Below are positions 50,312-63,188 of a DNA stretch of 64,000 nucleotides, in pieces. A program made the position numbers and the translations under genes. The first letter of the stretch is position 1. Every line of letters begins with the position of its first letter. Origin of the DNA: Eimeria praecox (lineage: Eukaryota); assembly GCA_963920595.1 (NCBI GenBank), contig OY986949.1, forward strand, positions 2,232,001-2,296,000, given 5' to 3'. The notes under the pieces are model-generated. The model was not told where the DNA came from. It saw nothing but the letters and a program-made list of their open reading frames with translations, and did not search any database.

Positions 50312-52050
50312 CTAGTCTTTAAGAACAGGCACTTCTTCCGTCTTGTGTGAACGCCCCCCACAACCGCACATAGAGCCCCAGAATCCAGGGTGCTGGTCCT
50401 GCAGAATCAAGACAAATGGCATGCATGCGTGCGTGGAAAGGCACGCATTTCTGGTGCTAAGAGTTTACTAACTAAATAGTGCACGCAGAAGCTCTTCTTA
50501 CCAGTCCGGGCGCATCGTCGCTCATTACTATTATTTTAGGCTGAGCACAGAGGAGAAGGAAGCATTTGAAGAGTAGTGTGGTTATTAGCACCGTTGACTT
50601 AGCGAAAACCAGGACTCCTGAGTCAGTGATTCTGACGGTGCACGGCAGTGCGTAGTCTCCTCATATCTATCGCTTATGACTCTCCTGTTGCGAACAGCCT
50701 GCCCTGTAGCGGTACTCTACCAACAGAAAAGAAGCAACTCACAGTCGTTTCTTTAGTCCCTGTTTCGCTCGTCCCTTCTGGCTTCTCCCCGGAGGTTGTT
50801 GGTTCTGGCTCTGGCGGAGGCGTCGGGGGCTTCTCTGGACGAGGCGTTGCTCCATATTTCAGCAGCAACTTGTACACTGGCGAAATCGTCGCAACACAGC
50901 ACAGTGAGCACTTTTCAAACAAACAGGCATGCTTGTTTAAGCTGCTAGCGTGAACAAAGTGGTAACAATGGCTTGGCCACCTCATGCTGAGGAAATAGTA
51001 AGCAGAAGAATGCAACCACCCGAATATAGGTAAACCGACACAGGACGTACGTGCAGACCCTTTTTCGCAACGGTCCAAGGCAGTGCGGCCTTCATTGTCT
51101 TCGTCGTTAATGCTCTTACTTGCTCCTCGTTCCAACATCGCCTGTACCCAGTCTAAGGGGACCTGAAGTGCATCGTGCATTCTATCTAGGCATTAATAAG
51201 GTAAGGTGCGGGTAGTCTACGCTGCTTGCAGCCACCCTGGAACTCGCCTGAGGGGAACGTTCAGATAACTGCTAATTCTTGCCTGTTGGTCGCATGCAGT
51301 CATTAAGGCCGTGGTCCCATCGGTGGCTTTGGTGTTCAAGTCAAGATTTTGTTGTGGGAGGAGATACTCAACAACTTTCTTTTTCTGCAGCATCAGCGCC
51401 ATCTGCAGTAAAGTATACTTTGATGCGTTCGAGCTGAAAAGTGCCAAACAGGACAGCAAGGAGAAAGCGCAAGGAGAAAGCTAACAGCGAACACCACACT
51501 AATGGTGCACCTACATACAAATTTACATGCAATGCGAGAAATCAGAACTAGTTAAAGGAAAGCAAAAGAAGCTTTTGCACGTGTCCAGGTGTCCAGGGAA
51601 TCGCCACAGAAACTACTCTTACTTGTCGTCCATGTCCGACACCGGCTGGTTCCAGTAGCGCATCATCGCCTTCACCGTCCCCAAGTTGCCATCTAATCAA
51701 AGCAGAATAGGAGAGGACACCAGGAAAAGGGTGTCTTCTTAAAAGCACAATTGGTTCGGGGGTGGCAGCGGCGCCTCAAGGGAGGAAAGCTTCTCCTCGA
51801 AATGGGCTCATTTCCCTACACCAAGAAGCCCAGTGTTTCATTTGCAGAAAGCTGTCACAGTATTCCTGCATGTCTACTTGAATATAGAGTGAGTTGTTTT
51901 TTCCTTTCAATCTGCCGAATTCACGCGCAAGTGGCGGTTTTGCGACGGGAGATATGCTTTTCTCCTCACTGAAAGAAGGAAGGAAGTAAATTCAACTACG
52001 GGTTTATACTTACTGGCAATTACTGACTTCTCAATGTGGAAGGTGGCCAT
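50312..52050 (-). CDS. Small ankyrin-repeat protein A with Pro-rich linker and Cys-containing C-terminus, about 7 exons
   Basis: Spliced: MATFHIEKSVIA|NGNLGTVKAMMRYWNQPVSDMDD|NSNASKYTLLQMALMLQKKKVVEYLL...DGTTALMTACDQQ|VPLDWVQAMLERGASKSINDEDNEGRTALDRCEKGSA|LYKLLLKYGATPRPEKPPTPPPEPEP...|PKIIVMSDDAPGL|DQHPGFWGSMCGCGGRSHKTEEVPVLKD*. Confidence 0.8.
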
Positions 52051-52539
52051 CTTCGCACTTGTCCAAATAAGAGGCTTGACGGGGCCAAAAAGGTAGCGCG
52101 CACCGGTGGTACAAGGTTTGCGTGTTCACAGTTCAGCTACACAGTCTAAAGCAGGAGAAGGCCAAACCTTCAGATGGGTCGCCTGTGCAAGCCAAAGACG
52201 GCCCGTAAAGAAGCAGCGAGGCAAGAACCTCGACCGTGAGCAGAAGCTGGCAAGTGCCCGCAGCTTCAGAGCCAAGGGAATGTAAAATTGGCAAGGCAGC
52301 ACCAAGAGAGCAGGCTTGCACAGATTTCGCCCCTTGGCAGTCTGCGTGCAAGTAAAAAGCAAAGATGAAGGGACCCCTGACGGAATTTCTGCAAACCCAC
52401 GACACCTGCAATACCCTGCAGTCCCCCTTCAAAACTTCTCCAGTTTAGTGTTACGCAGGGCTTTGCCAGGGTCTTCTTGTCAAAAAATTAATTGTTTCAC
52501 AGAGTCTCGGTCTATCTGTGATTGAAGTGAATTTGGTCA

Positions 52540-53760
52540 GGAATGTGCCGACTACTCTCGGTCGCTCAGAAGCCCGTGGCCGTAGTAGCCAACGGCGCCA
52601 ATGTGAACCAGTGGACCTGGATATTTCACCTTGCAACACGGAATAGCAAAACCGTTCCTATTTTACGTTTCCCCCTTTTATTTTGCGTTTCAGCATATGG
52701 CGAAGATATTTCCAGCTGGCCGCAGCGCGGCACACATCTAGCGAGCCACGAAACCGATGCCGTCGAACGGAGAACAACAGTATGCACACTCAGCAGCACC
52801 AGGAACCTTGCTGGGTAAGCACGCTAGGAAAAAATAATGGTGGATTGCTTTGCTTGCTCCTTTCTGTCAATTAGCGCTGGTATTATGCACCTTCGTGGGG
52901 AGTGGAGCAGACAGAGGGATGTTTGCAGTAGCAGCTGAGCGTGTGCCATGTCTTATAATACCCTTGGCAATAGGGAAGTAGTGCCACCTTTGAGGGTGCA
53001 AGCACGTCTAAAGGCAGTGTTTGCCATACTTATATGGATCTACGGGGAAGGGCAATTGTTGGTGATGAATCGAACGTCCGGCTTTTGCATGGCAGATATC
53101 TTTATCAGTGCTCTGTCTAATCATGCAGATCGCATCCCTTCCTGCTTCCCCAAAACAACATTGTAGTGGGGATACCGCCGATACCTTCTTCACATATAGC
53201 CCATATGGGGCTTCTGCACCCAAAATGGCGATCTACAAGGGATGGCTAACACGCCAGTCATCCCTATATACATGAGCATAAGGGGCTTGTGGTATTGGAT
53301 AGGGGGGGGGGAAGGGTTGTTGTTGCTGGATTTCTTGTAGCCAATGTATATCAACTGTTGCCTAAACTGCTTGCAAGGCAAAGATGATCACGGGGACGTG
53401 AAGATGATGAAAGGACGCTCGCTCTGGTCGAATGGGGGTGCACTAAGCACGAGAGTATGAATACAAGTGGAACTATAAGGCTGTTCATGTGCACCTCTCA
53501 TTCATTCTCCCGACCTGGCGAGGCTTTGCACACGAATGTACAAACGAAGAATATATCGAGACGGAGGCATCCGCAAACTGGCGACGCAGTCTGCCGGCAG
53601 GATCAAGCTTGCTGGAGCCATCGTGAGACTGACGAGCACCAGGCTTTCTGATTTTTGCTTGCTGCAGTGTTGGGGGTATCAGAGCATCCCAGGCAGTGCC
53701 AGAGTATACAGATTTGTGTGGAGTTCTTTCTCTTGTCAACAACCTAGCCTCCCGTTCTAA
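52540..53760 (+). pseudogene. Possible decayed ankyrin-repeat gene
   Basis: Scattered ankyrin-like fragments in different frames, interrupted by stops: 'CRLL...ANGANVNQ...FHLATRNS', 'GRSAAHI*', 'GNREVVPPL', 'GEGQLLVM', 'HGDVKMMK', 'HTNVQTKN'. Confidence 0.3.
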
Positions 53761-54956
53761 AGTGGCCAGTGGGGGCTGGCTCACGTCTGGTTGGTCCACA
53801 GGCACAAGCAGTATCCGGATCGCTAGCTAGCCTCAATTGATCGGTTACCTAGTTAGACTCGAAGGGAAACATTACTTCCCTTCTGGCGCAACGGCAGGTG
53901 CGCATGACTGTTCAGCAGGTAAGACTGTCTAAGACAAGAGACGATATCTCCGTCTCCGTTATGTTTGTTTCGCATAGAGGGTTCCAGTGCTATGCGGGTG
54001 GCACATTGATTTTGGAAAGGGTTGTCGAATGCTAGGTTTTTTTATTTATATCACCCCACTGCCTATCAACAACGATACATTAACAACTCATCACCCCGAC
54101 CACACAGCTCCTCAAAGGGCGGTGGATTTTTCGCGGACTACCGCTGCTCTCTACAGCTTCTGCAGTGTATACAAATAACTATATTGATCCTGCCACTTAA
54201 CTCTAGCCATCTTTATCAGGCTTCACGCCTTAGCCGCCAAGTCAACAGCGGTTTCAAACAATTAAGCCAAATACAAGCTACTTTTTGCGTAATGCATGAC
54301 AAGCACTCCCAGCTCCTAGCTTTAGTCAAGCCATGCTCACACACGTAGTTCCCTGAAGGCTTTTGGCTCCAAAGAGTGCATGCTTCGTTAGGGAAGTGGG
54401 GAGAGGCGTGGCCGATGGCAGCCGTTCGTCCTCCAGTTCTTATATCTAGCCGACGCCATCCGCATTCACCCCCCACAGCTGCTCTTTCTTTTCCGATACT
54501 TTTGAGAGGCTGATGTTGTGCAGTGACTCCTCAATGAAACTTGCATGCTGCCACATCGAACCGAACCGGAGTTGCCGCTTTACTCAGTTCCTGTGGCTTT
54601 TCGCCTATAACGAGTAGCATATTTACGGATTTCCTGCGAGAAGTAAGAGTGTTCTTCGGGCGTAAACCCCTCAGAGTCTCTTGACCTCGCTGAGCAATAG
54701 CAATATTGGTCCGTTTCAAAAGCAAAGACTTCCCCCCTTATGGGGGAATAAACGAGCTAGAACAATTTCGATGCGGCCGCCGCAGTGGTGAGTCGTTTGG
54801 TTGGAGGCTGCGCACTACTCAAATGAGAGGGTGATGTTGCTCTTATCTGTTTTTTAAAAATATGTTTGAGGAAGCGTTTAAATTTGTGTGAAAGTTTCTT
54901 GGTAGTCAGCAACGTCAACATGGAGCATGCAGTGTTACACCGACTGGCACTGACCG

Positions 54957-54998
54957 CGATGTCCATCGAACCAGCTTCGATGGCCATCGAACGAGCTT
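54957..54998. repeat. 21-bp tandem duplication containing a perfect 16-bp palindrome
   Basis: CGATGTCCATCGAACCAGCTT followed by CGATGGCCATCGAACGAGCTT. TTCGATGGCCATCGAA at 54976-54991 is self-complementary. Confidence 0.85.
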
Positions 54999-55300
54999 TC
55001 GCCGCAATATCCGTAGTTTTAAACCACTTGAAGCTAGGTAGGTAGACATTCTTGAAAAATTTAGCTATGGTCTATTTTTCGAAGCATTTAGCGGTTTGCG
55101 GTTGCAAATAGATCCGCGTGCTGCACCGTCTTTGCCTCTTTCCATGTGCAGCGACTGAAAGATACAGTTCCAGCTGTGTTGCAAGCGGATTTAGAATACC
55201 TCGGTGGATTTGCTGAAGGAAGAGTCGCTGGTTGTGACGTTGAAAGGAGCGCACCTGCTACAACATATGCTTGACTTTTCATGTGTAAAGATGCGTGAAG

Positions 55301-58300
55301 ATGGACCCTCTAGCGGTAAGACTGGGAAGCATGTTGCCTATCTCCCAAATGTTTCCCAGCTGCAGTGTGCATGAACAGTATTTAGCCCCGCTGACGCGTT
55401 GCGCAACACTATCTACGTTGCTCCTTCTCAAATCCGCAGAAAGCGCAGCAACGCAAGCCAGTTGGCTTGTGTTGCGTTGCTCATTATCTAGGAAAGATTT
55501 TACAGTTCACTTCCATCTGCTTCTCTCAGAACCCCCAAACGAAGCATCTTTACGTCACTCCGTGCTCGCCGTACCGTCGTTTCGCGAAAGCACTGCATGG
55601 CAGACAAGCGTTATACGATGCTGTCGCAGGTGAGTGGCATGAACCCTTGGTGTGATGATACCTCTGCGTTTCTGTTGTGCCATATGAGGCATTTCACAAC
55701 GCATAACTGAGCAATGACTCCTTACAGACGTCGGTTAGTTCACCTGGCGCTGGTGCCTATCAATCGGATGGCTAGCTGTTTACTCATTTGTGTGCCTCAA
55801 CTGCTCTGCTGTACAATAAGCAGGCGGTGACCTGGAGAGTCTCCGCAACTACCGAGAGCATTGGAATACTCCATTTTGTACCTACAGGCAGCCGTAAGTG
55901 ATACTGCGCCTCACAAGACCCTTGGCGAAGGCCCCCAGAGGTTCCTAGAATCTTGCGGATGGCCAGGCTGCTTATTGAGAGTTAATTCGGGGCTTCCCTT
56001 GCAGCCTCCAAAGCTTGACTGCTGAGGCATTTCTTTCGGTTCCTGTTTGCGACAGAGGATATGGAGAGATTTTTACGACTCCCCAGCTGTGTCTGCTCCT
56101 GCAGCAAGAACGGCTTCTGAACTATTTGCTAGCAGATCCTTTCACTGACGTCGAGGCAACATCGTTTCCGAGTGGCTGGACCCTGCTGATGATCGCGTGC
56201 GCAGCAGACGTAAGTTGCACTCTACTTTGTTATGTTGTTTGTATGCATCTTGGTGGCTTGGTCGCTTTCATGCATAATCTCCATTGCTTCTCCACACTAT
56301 TCAGAAACGTATACGGCAAAGCAGGTAGCGAAACTAAGGGAACGTAGAGTCTGTATCCTCACTAGCCTCTACAAGGCGACGCTCTGGATGTTGTATGATG
56401 CTACTCAGGCATCGATTGGTGTCGTGAGTTTAATATTGCAACGGGCCAGCAACAAACGGCACATAAATACCATAAGCGCCTCTGGCAACACCGCACTGGA
56501 CTGCGCCCGCCCGGGTGGCAGTGGTAAGACAGAAGTAGCCTTGAACGGTGGTGATCTTGCCTGTTTGTAGCTTAAATTGGTTCGACTGTGCAGTGGTTAA
56601 CTCGTAGGTTTCGATATACAATTTTGTCCATTTTGTCTTCTGACCAGTTTATTTGTTTCTCCTCGACCAAGGGGCTCTCCTAGCAGAGCAAATCCATGAA
56701 ACGCCAGGTGCCGGCGATTCAGGGAATGTTCGTGATGGAAGTATGGATTGGAGGGCAAAGGCTTCAGGTGACGAGACTAACAAAGTGCCAGGGGAACAAC
56801 GCAGTAGCAATTACTTCGAGGAGAAGAAACAAGAACAGAGCGAAAGCGCAAGTCAAGCTGGCGGAGGGGTAGCCTCACAACAGCCACAACCGTCATCGTT
56901 GGCTAGAGCTCCGCCAGGCCACACTTCTTCCCGTCGCAGAGGAACCCAAACCCAGGCCCCTGGGGTATATCCCGAACCATTTAGGTCACCCCCTGCAGTT
57001 TCCTGCGGAACGGAAGCTGCGCGAGCCAAAAGCCGGCTAGCAGGCCCTCCAAAAGGGAGCTTCTGCGGGGGGATCAGGCCAAAGGCAAGGGGATCTGCAG
57101 ATGACCTGGGAATGAAAGCAAAGCCTGCAGCACCAGCACGCTCAAAAACGGACATCCGAATACAAAAATCAGGCAGCATACGACCTGCTGCACTGGAGCT
57201 GCCCCCTGGAATCTTGAATAGGCCATCTTGCAGTCAATTACAAGCCGATTCTATGGCATATTCAAAGGGTACGCCTGCTGCTGAAGTAACCGTAAAGCCG
57301 GTGGCACCAAGACGTACGCTAACGGACGAGGGGGAATGGGAGGGTACAGATAGTGCAAGTTCGCTGACAGTGAAACAGCGCCCAGCAGCTTTCAACAAAC
57401 CGACAGGCGGCATGCGGCAGATCCGTTCGATGGGATATTCAGAGAGGCCGCCCGCCACTAAGTGTATGGGGAGGTTTTCTTCTCTTTGTGGTGGGGATTT
57501 TACGTCGAAAGTTTGTCGCTCGCAGATATTTGCACAGAAGGAAGATGCCGTGCACACTGGTTCTGCAGTAACACCTGCACCGCACGGAGGCTTTGGCAAA
57601 CATACGAAAAACGCTTCACCAGTTCCAGTGCTTGTGAAGGCGTACGACAGCACCGATATGAAGTCCAAGGTGAAGAATACGCTGTCGAAGCAGTTTCACA
57701 GCATTGCTTCGAAGGAGTTTTTCTGCCGGCAGCGAAGTGCAGCCGATGCCCCTGTCGGCAAGCATGAACAAGGAGAAACACCGCCGCAAACTGACTCGCA
57801 GTGTGGCAGTGCGCGCTCTTCTGTAGAAGCAGGTGGCCCACCTATACCTCCAGACACGACAGAGATTACTGCCAGATCTGTTACGGCATTTGCTAAGCCG
57901 AACTCACAAGTAGGTAAGTTGGCCTCACCTGACGGTGCAGCAGAAGGAAGCCGGAAAGCAGCTCAAATGCAAAGCCCTGTGGACGAGGAAGAGCAGACTC
58001 GAGATCTGAGGGATGGGGGAGAAAAACCGCGACAGATCGGCGAGTCTGGTGGAAGCAAAAACATAACTACGGCTGAGGCAGAAAATCCTGAATCAGACAA
58101 AAAGGTGTGGCAGGGAAGGCCTGATGCCCTTCTGGAAAGTCTCGATAAGTCGAATTCTTTTTCAAAACAACTGGCAGAATCTTCATCTCAGGATGGGATT
58201 GAATCAGAAAGTGCAGACACAACAGCGCAAAAGCCTGGCTTGGCTGTGGTGCCAAGCAACGGGCAGGAGCGCCTTTCATCAAACGTCATAGTAGAACCAA

Positions 58301-58365
58301 CGGATGCTAGCTGTCCCGTCAGCGAAAGGCTATCTTTCTCGAAAGGTGATACAATGGGGAGTTAA
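55301..58365 (+). CDS. Ankyrin-repeat protein B with long low-complexity, probably disordered C-terminal tail
   Basis: Spliced: MDPLA|NPQTKH...ALYDAVA|GGDLESLRNYREHWNTPFCTYRQ|PGYGEIFTTPQLCLLLQQERLLNYLL...SGWTLLMIACAAD|ASIGVVSLILQRASNKRHINTISASGNTALDCARPGGS|VYLFLLDQGA, then about 560 aa of S/P/E/K-rich sequence. The 3' end is tentative. Confidence 0.78.
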
Positions 58366-60151
58366 CAGAATGCATTGATTTGACGCAGAGACCCTAATGC
58401 GCCAGACACCATCAATTTTGATGTGCCCACACTGAAGGCATCTCCAACTGCCAATTCGAAGCCCTCTACTTAGAAACCGGCTAGGTAGTGCTGTGTATGT
58501 GATCTGCATGTAATTGAGGGACAAGGAGCCCAGGATTTTCACACTGATTCGCCCTTTGCGTCGCAGTTGTTCTGCAGGAGGTACCGGTGTCCCTGTGTCT
58601 CCGCTGCCCGTTATAGCCGAGGCTGCTGGAACTAGTTAACGTGGGGTTTAACGAATAGCCGAAATATGCTAGGCGCTTTGGTGTGCGGGTTGGCACCTGC
58701 TGGCGGATCGCGTGATGAAGCACCGGTGTGCCAAGCAAAGCCGCTCAACCCCAGCAGAATGCGCGAGACTGTAAGGTTGTCGGAAAGCGGCAAAAGTCGA
58801 GCCACTGTTTCAGCCCAGTCAACGGTGCTTGTTGAGCAAGGGCAGCACCCAAAAGATCGCAGTGGCATATATCGCGCCTAAGGGTACCAGCACCTACCTG
58901 ACGAACGGAAAGTGCAGGCGAGCGTGAGCATTTGCCTGCCTCACAATAATTCGAATTGATCTTTTCATTGCTTTTCGGGCGAGATGGCTGCACACCATCA
59001 CGCAGCATTCGCCTGCCTGGTCTATACTGTTGTACATAGTCAATTCTCATCGATCTGGAGGAGGCTCAGCGCTTGTTATGAGGCGCAAGGGAACCAGTCG
59101 GTGCTTTGCACTATGTTGGGTCCGGCCCACGGTAGCGAGTAGAGCTTGCAAGTCTTAAACAGGGGGACTTCCGAGTCAGCGTGTCTGGGCAATGCCTATA
59201 ATTACGGTGTAGGAGGAGCTCAGTGGGCACTGGTGCCCACCGGCTGATCGTGTGGTCCCTTGAGCTAAGCACTGCTGCTTCAGATGTAGTCACGCATTGC
59301 GCATATTTTTCATGCGTCACCAGCACTGCACTTATTATTTATTATGTAATAAGTTACGCATTGCATGCTGGTGGGCTCTTCCTCTTTCTGGCCCTTAAGA
59401 TATGCAAAGATACGCCACTCCTGCACTTCCCTCCCCTTGCCCGTAGAGCTCTGGCGCTTACGCCATTCCACATCGAGAATCAGGCTGGATATCACCTATG
59501 TTTGGCGCCTCATGCTCTAAATGCTCGCTTGTCTACGCGTTTAACGCACTTGCCTTCCGTTTGCGCTTGATACGCAAGGAGAATTCAGTGCTGTGGGACT
59601 CAGAGGGAAAAGAACTGGCATTGTCAACCCCACACTGGATAGGAAATCGGTCCACTGTGTTAAGACCGTTGAGGCTTTTTCAACCGCTGCGCGCATCGCA
59701 ACCTCTGCAAATGCTGCAGCTACGAGCGGGTAGTAGGCGCACATCGCACACGTCTCTACCGCTGCTTCGGCTGCTGTGGTGGCAAGTCCTCGATAATCTT
59801 GGGAAGCAGCGCTGGCATACCCAAGAAGAAGCTGCTTTAACGTTCATGTCGAAACGTGCATACCCGCTCGTGACGCCTCTATGTTTACGAAGCAGCTGCA
59901 CATGAATGCTATTTGCAGGGCTGTACGGATCCCGGGCTGGAATTTTTGCCCGTGCTTTGACTTTTTATTACCCACAAAAAGAGACAACAGCCTAGAAGGG
60001 CCTGGCCCGCACTGAGCAGCAACGCGTCGTAAGCATACAGCTGGGTGGCGCCCACCCCAGAAGGTTGAAGTTTGAGCTCATAATTGGAAGTGATTTCATT
60101 CTGTGTATTCTAGCCTTTTTCGCTAACCTGGTTGGGGCTCGGCCGCGGTGG

Positions 60152-61451
60152 ATGGATTCGATATTCAGCGTATCTGGAAGAGAAAGCTGGCAGTGGGAAG
60201 CACCACCAACCGGCCATTACACCCATCAGGAAGTCACTGAGGAGAATCAGCTCGAGTCAAGGTCTGAACTACAAGTAACCAGTAAGGAAGAAAAGCTGTT
60301 CTGAATCACAGAGGGAGAGAAACCTCAGGGAGAGGAACGTCGGCTGCATAGCTATGGAGGAACGGGGTACAGGGTACGCTAAATGACGTTGGCCAAGGTA
60401 TTCATGCTGATCCACACTTGCAACGAATTATCAGATACTCATTTTTACATTGTTAGTGGATGAAATACAGTTTATTGTAAATAAGCTACAAAGTGAGTGC
60501 TTGTCTCTCAGCCCCACAGCCGGTGGATCCCAACGTCTAGCGGTTGTGTAGCTGCTACCGCACGTGAGAGGTCCGTCGTTGCCTTCCACATTCACGATAG
60601 CGTCCAAAGCACCTTGTATTTTACTTTCCACAGTTTTCATAGTTTGATGTAATCCAGCGAGTGGTCGCCGGCCAGTTTCGCGAAGTGGTTTTTCTGCTGT
60701 CTCTAGCGTGAAGTGACCATTCACGGGCTATTGGGAACCGCGCCTAGAGCGCATCCATATGGGAGTGCTATTCAGTTTGAAGCGCCACTTACCATTCCGC
60801 CTTCACACGGGTATTGAAAGCAGGGCTTTTGCCGGTGGTGTGGGGGAACATTCATGCAGCGCCTTCGCCTCGGCAGCCCAAGGAAATGGAGGAGGTAAAA
60901 CAGCATTTGATTTGCCGCAACCCTTGTCTCACCTCAGTGGTTAACTGTAGATTGTGATGATCAGCAGTTTATCTGAATATGTTGTGGCGACTGCTTTCTT
61001 TTTGCGTGTTATGTGTAAGCAAAACGCAGCAGAGCGCTCACTTTCCCATGGACCTCCAATGCAAACCCGAGAGGATGTAAGGACCGCGGGATATAGCCAA
61101 AGAGCAGAAGTTACTTTGCCGTTCTGCAATGCAGATGCACAGAAGCTAATGCGATCGGCTCCTGTGCCTGTACAACTTAAGCGAATCACGACGACAGTAC
61201 GTGTGTCTGAATTAGCAGTATTTCCCTCTAGGTTAAGCGATATCTAGTAACACTCATTGGCGAAAACATGCCACGTACGATTACTCTGTATTGTGTTTTG
61301 TGCTCAAAACGATTTCCAGGTCTTCGCCGCTCCACGTCTCTCACCAACTTATGTAGATATCCCTGTTCCCATTTATGTACCACGGTATGTGGAGGTGCCA
61401 GTGCCGGTAGCCAAGCTGGATTCGCAAACTACGCAGCTGCCGCCGCGGTAG
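60152..61451 (+). CDS. Putative alveolin/IMC-like protein (partial model)
   Basis: Exon 'VFAAPRLSPTYVDIPVPIYVPRYVEVPVPVAKLD' (acceptor at 61319) is V/P-rich like alveolin repeats. The preceding exon ends 'APVPVQLKRITTT|GTACGT'. Gene boundaries are uncertain. Confidence 0.45.
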
Positions 61452-63188
61452 CCCCAAGGCGGTTGGAAGGAGGGCATGGAGTGCACGTTGGTAGCAGCAA
61501 AGACAAGCTGAGAAGTCCTTGACAAGGATACAACAGCAACATGGATTTTTGCATTTGCTGGTCAGAGCCATCATTGTGCATCACAAGCAAACCATGAACT
61601 CAGTTGTGATCATTAGGCAAGCACGGCAACCGTGCAGACGGAAGGGGTGCTCTTTTCAAGATAGGTAGGCGCCGTGTGAACCGAACGTCGCAACATGCGT
61701 TGCGGAATTGAGATCAATCCACTCTAGTAGGGATTAGTTAGGCTGATTCCTCTAGCTTTTCTCTGTTGGATCCATACGAATTAGATGTAGTAGGTCACCC
61801 GGAGGAGGCGAGAGGCTGCATTTGAAACCGCAAACACAATTTAGGCTCCGCCAACTTGCACAGACTGTTTACATACCTGGATTATTCAGTGCAAAATTGT
61901 GTTTGCGGACCTTAGAAGATTATTGTTCGAAAGTCCTGCTTCTTTTATACTATGCTCGATGCAAACTGGGGAGGCCTGAGAGATGCAAAGGTGATCTAGC
62001 AGCCTGTCAATGACTGCGGATAGAAGAGTTTTTTGTGCATCTTATGGAGTGGTTCGAAGAGAATTTTCCAGCCGCAGTGTACATGGCGTCGACTTAAACT
62101 TAAAAGCTAACGGCATTTGCATTTGAGGGGTTCTTTCTCCACTCTATGGGCGTAGGGCTTGCGTGAGCGCCCAACACCATTCTCCAAATTGTGAGACTTT
62201 TTCCACAGAAACGACCAACCAGGCTTTTTGTTCAAGGCACACTATTCCAGCTAGATTTCACCTCCTCAGGCTTACGATGTGTAAGCCAGTAATGTGCCGC
62301 TTTCCGAGTAGCTGTGCATTATAGGCGAATTTGAATTTGGTTTTGGGCTCCTCATGTGCCGGGTATGGCAGACAATGGCACTTAGAATGAGACTGTCTCG
62401 ACTACTGCGCAGAGGTTGTCTGCGCAACAAGTAGAGCAAATCGACCCAATACGCCTGTATCCTGACTGGTGGAAGGGGAAGCTATCATAGTCCTACTTTT
62501 CATGAGAACAGCTTCTTCGTGTTTTTGAAGAGCAACCTGACAGCACGTGGCGATCGTTATCTGGCCCTCTGCACGCTAGAGGTGCTGGGGAACTGCACTT
62601 TGCCGAAGTGTGATCATTTTCGGAGGTGATAAATTGTTATAATGGCTCTGAGTTGTATATTTCAAGAATGGAGAAGAAGGTGGTGTTAGGCTCACGTGCA
62701 CGAAGTGGATGGACCCGCATCGCCGCGCGGCAGGACCATCATCAACTCACCGATATATTAATGAACAGGCCAGATCTGCGGCGGGATACTACTCTGGATA
62801 TTTCCCCTTCAAGTGTAATTTAGCTGAAGCTGCATGGGGGGCTGCAAACGAAGAGTGACGCTGGGTCACCGGCCCGGCCACACATCGCTGTGCGGGAAAG
62901 CTGGATCTGCAAAGGCTTTCTCAGCATGCCATTCAACTTCTGAAATATGCTTAGAAGCTGTGTGTTTGTGCCTCAATATTTACCCAGATTCAATATCAGA
63001 TGTTATTAGGAGGAAATAGTCTTCTAACCTCCCCAGTGTGCAGGATTGATCAGCCTGCTGCTGATCCAACTGGAAGAACGGGCTGTCCTGACTGCCACCG
63101 CACCTCCTTCGGTCATAAGAGGCAGCTTTTGATGAGTTCTAGATTTTTTACAGGCAACAAATTTGCATCCGGACCGGAAAGCACCAAA

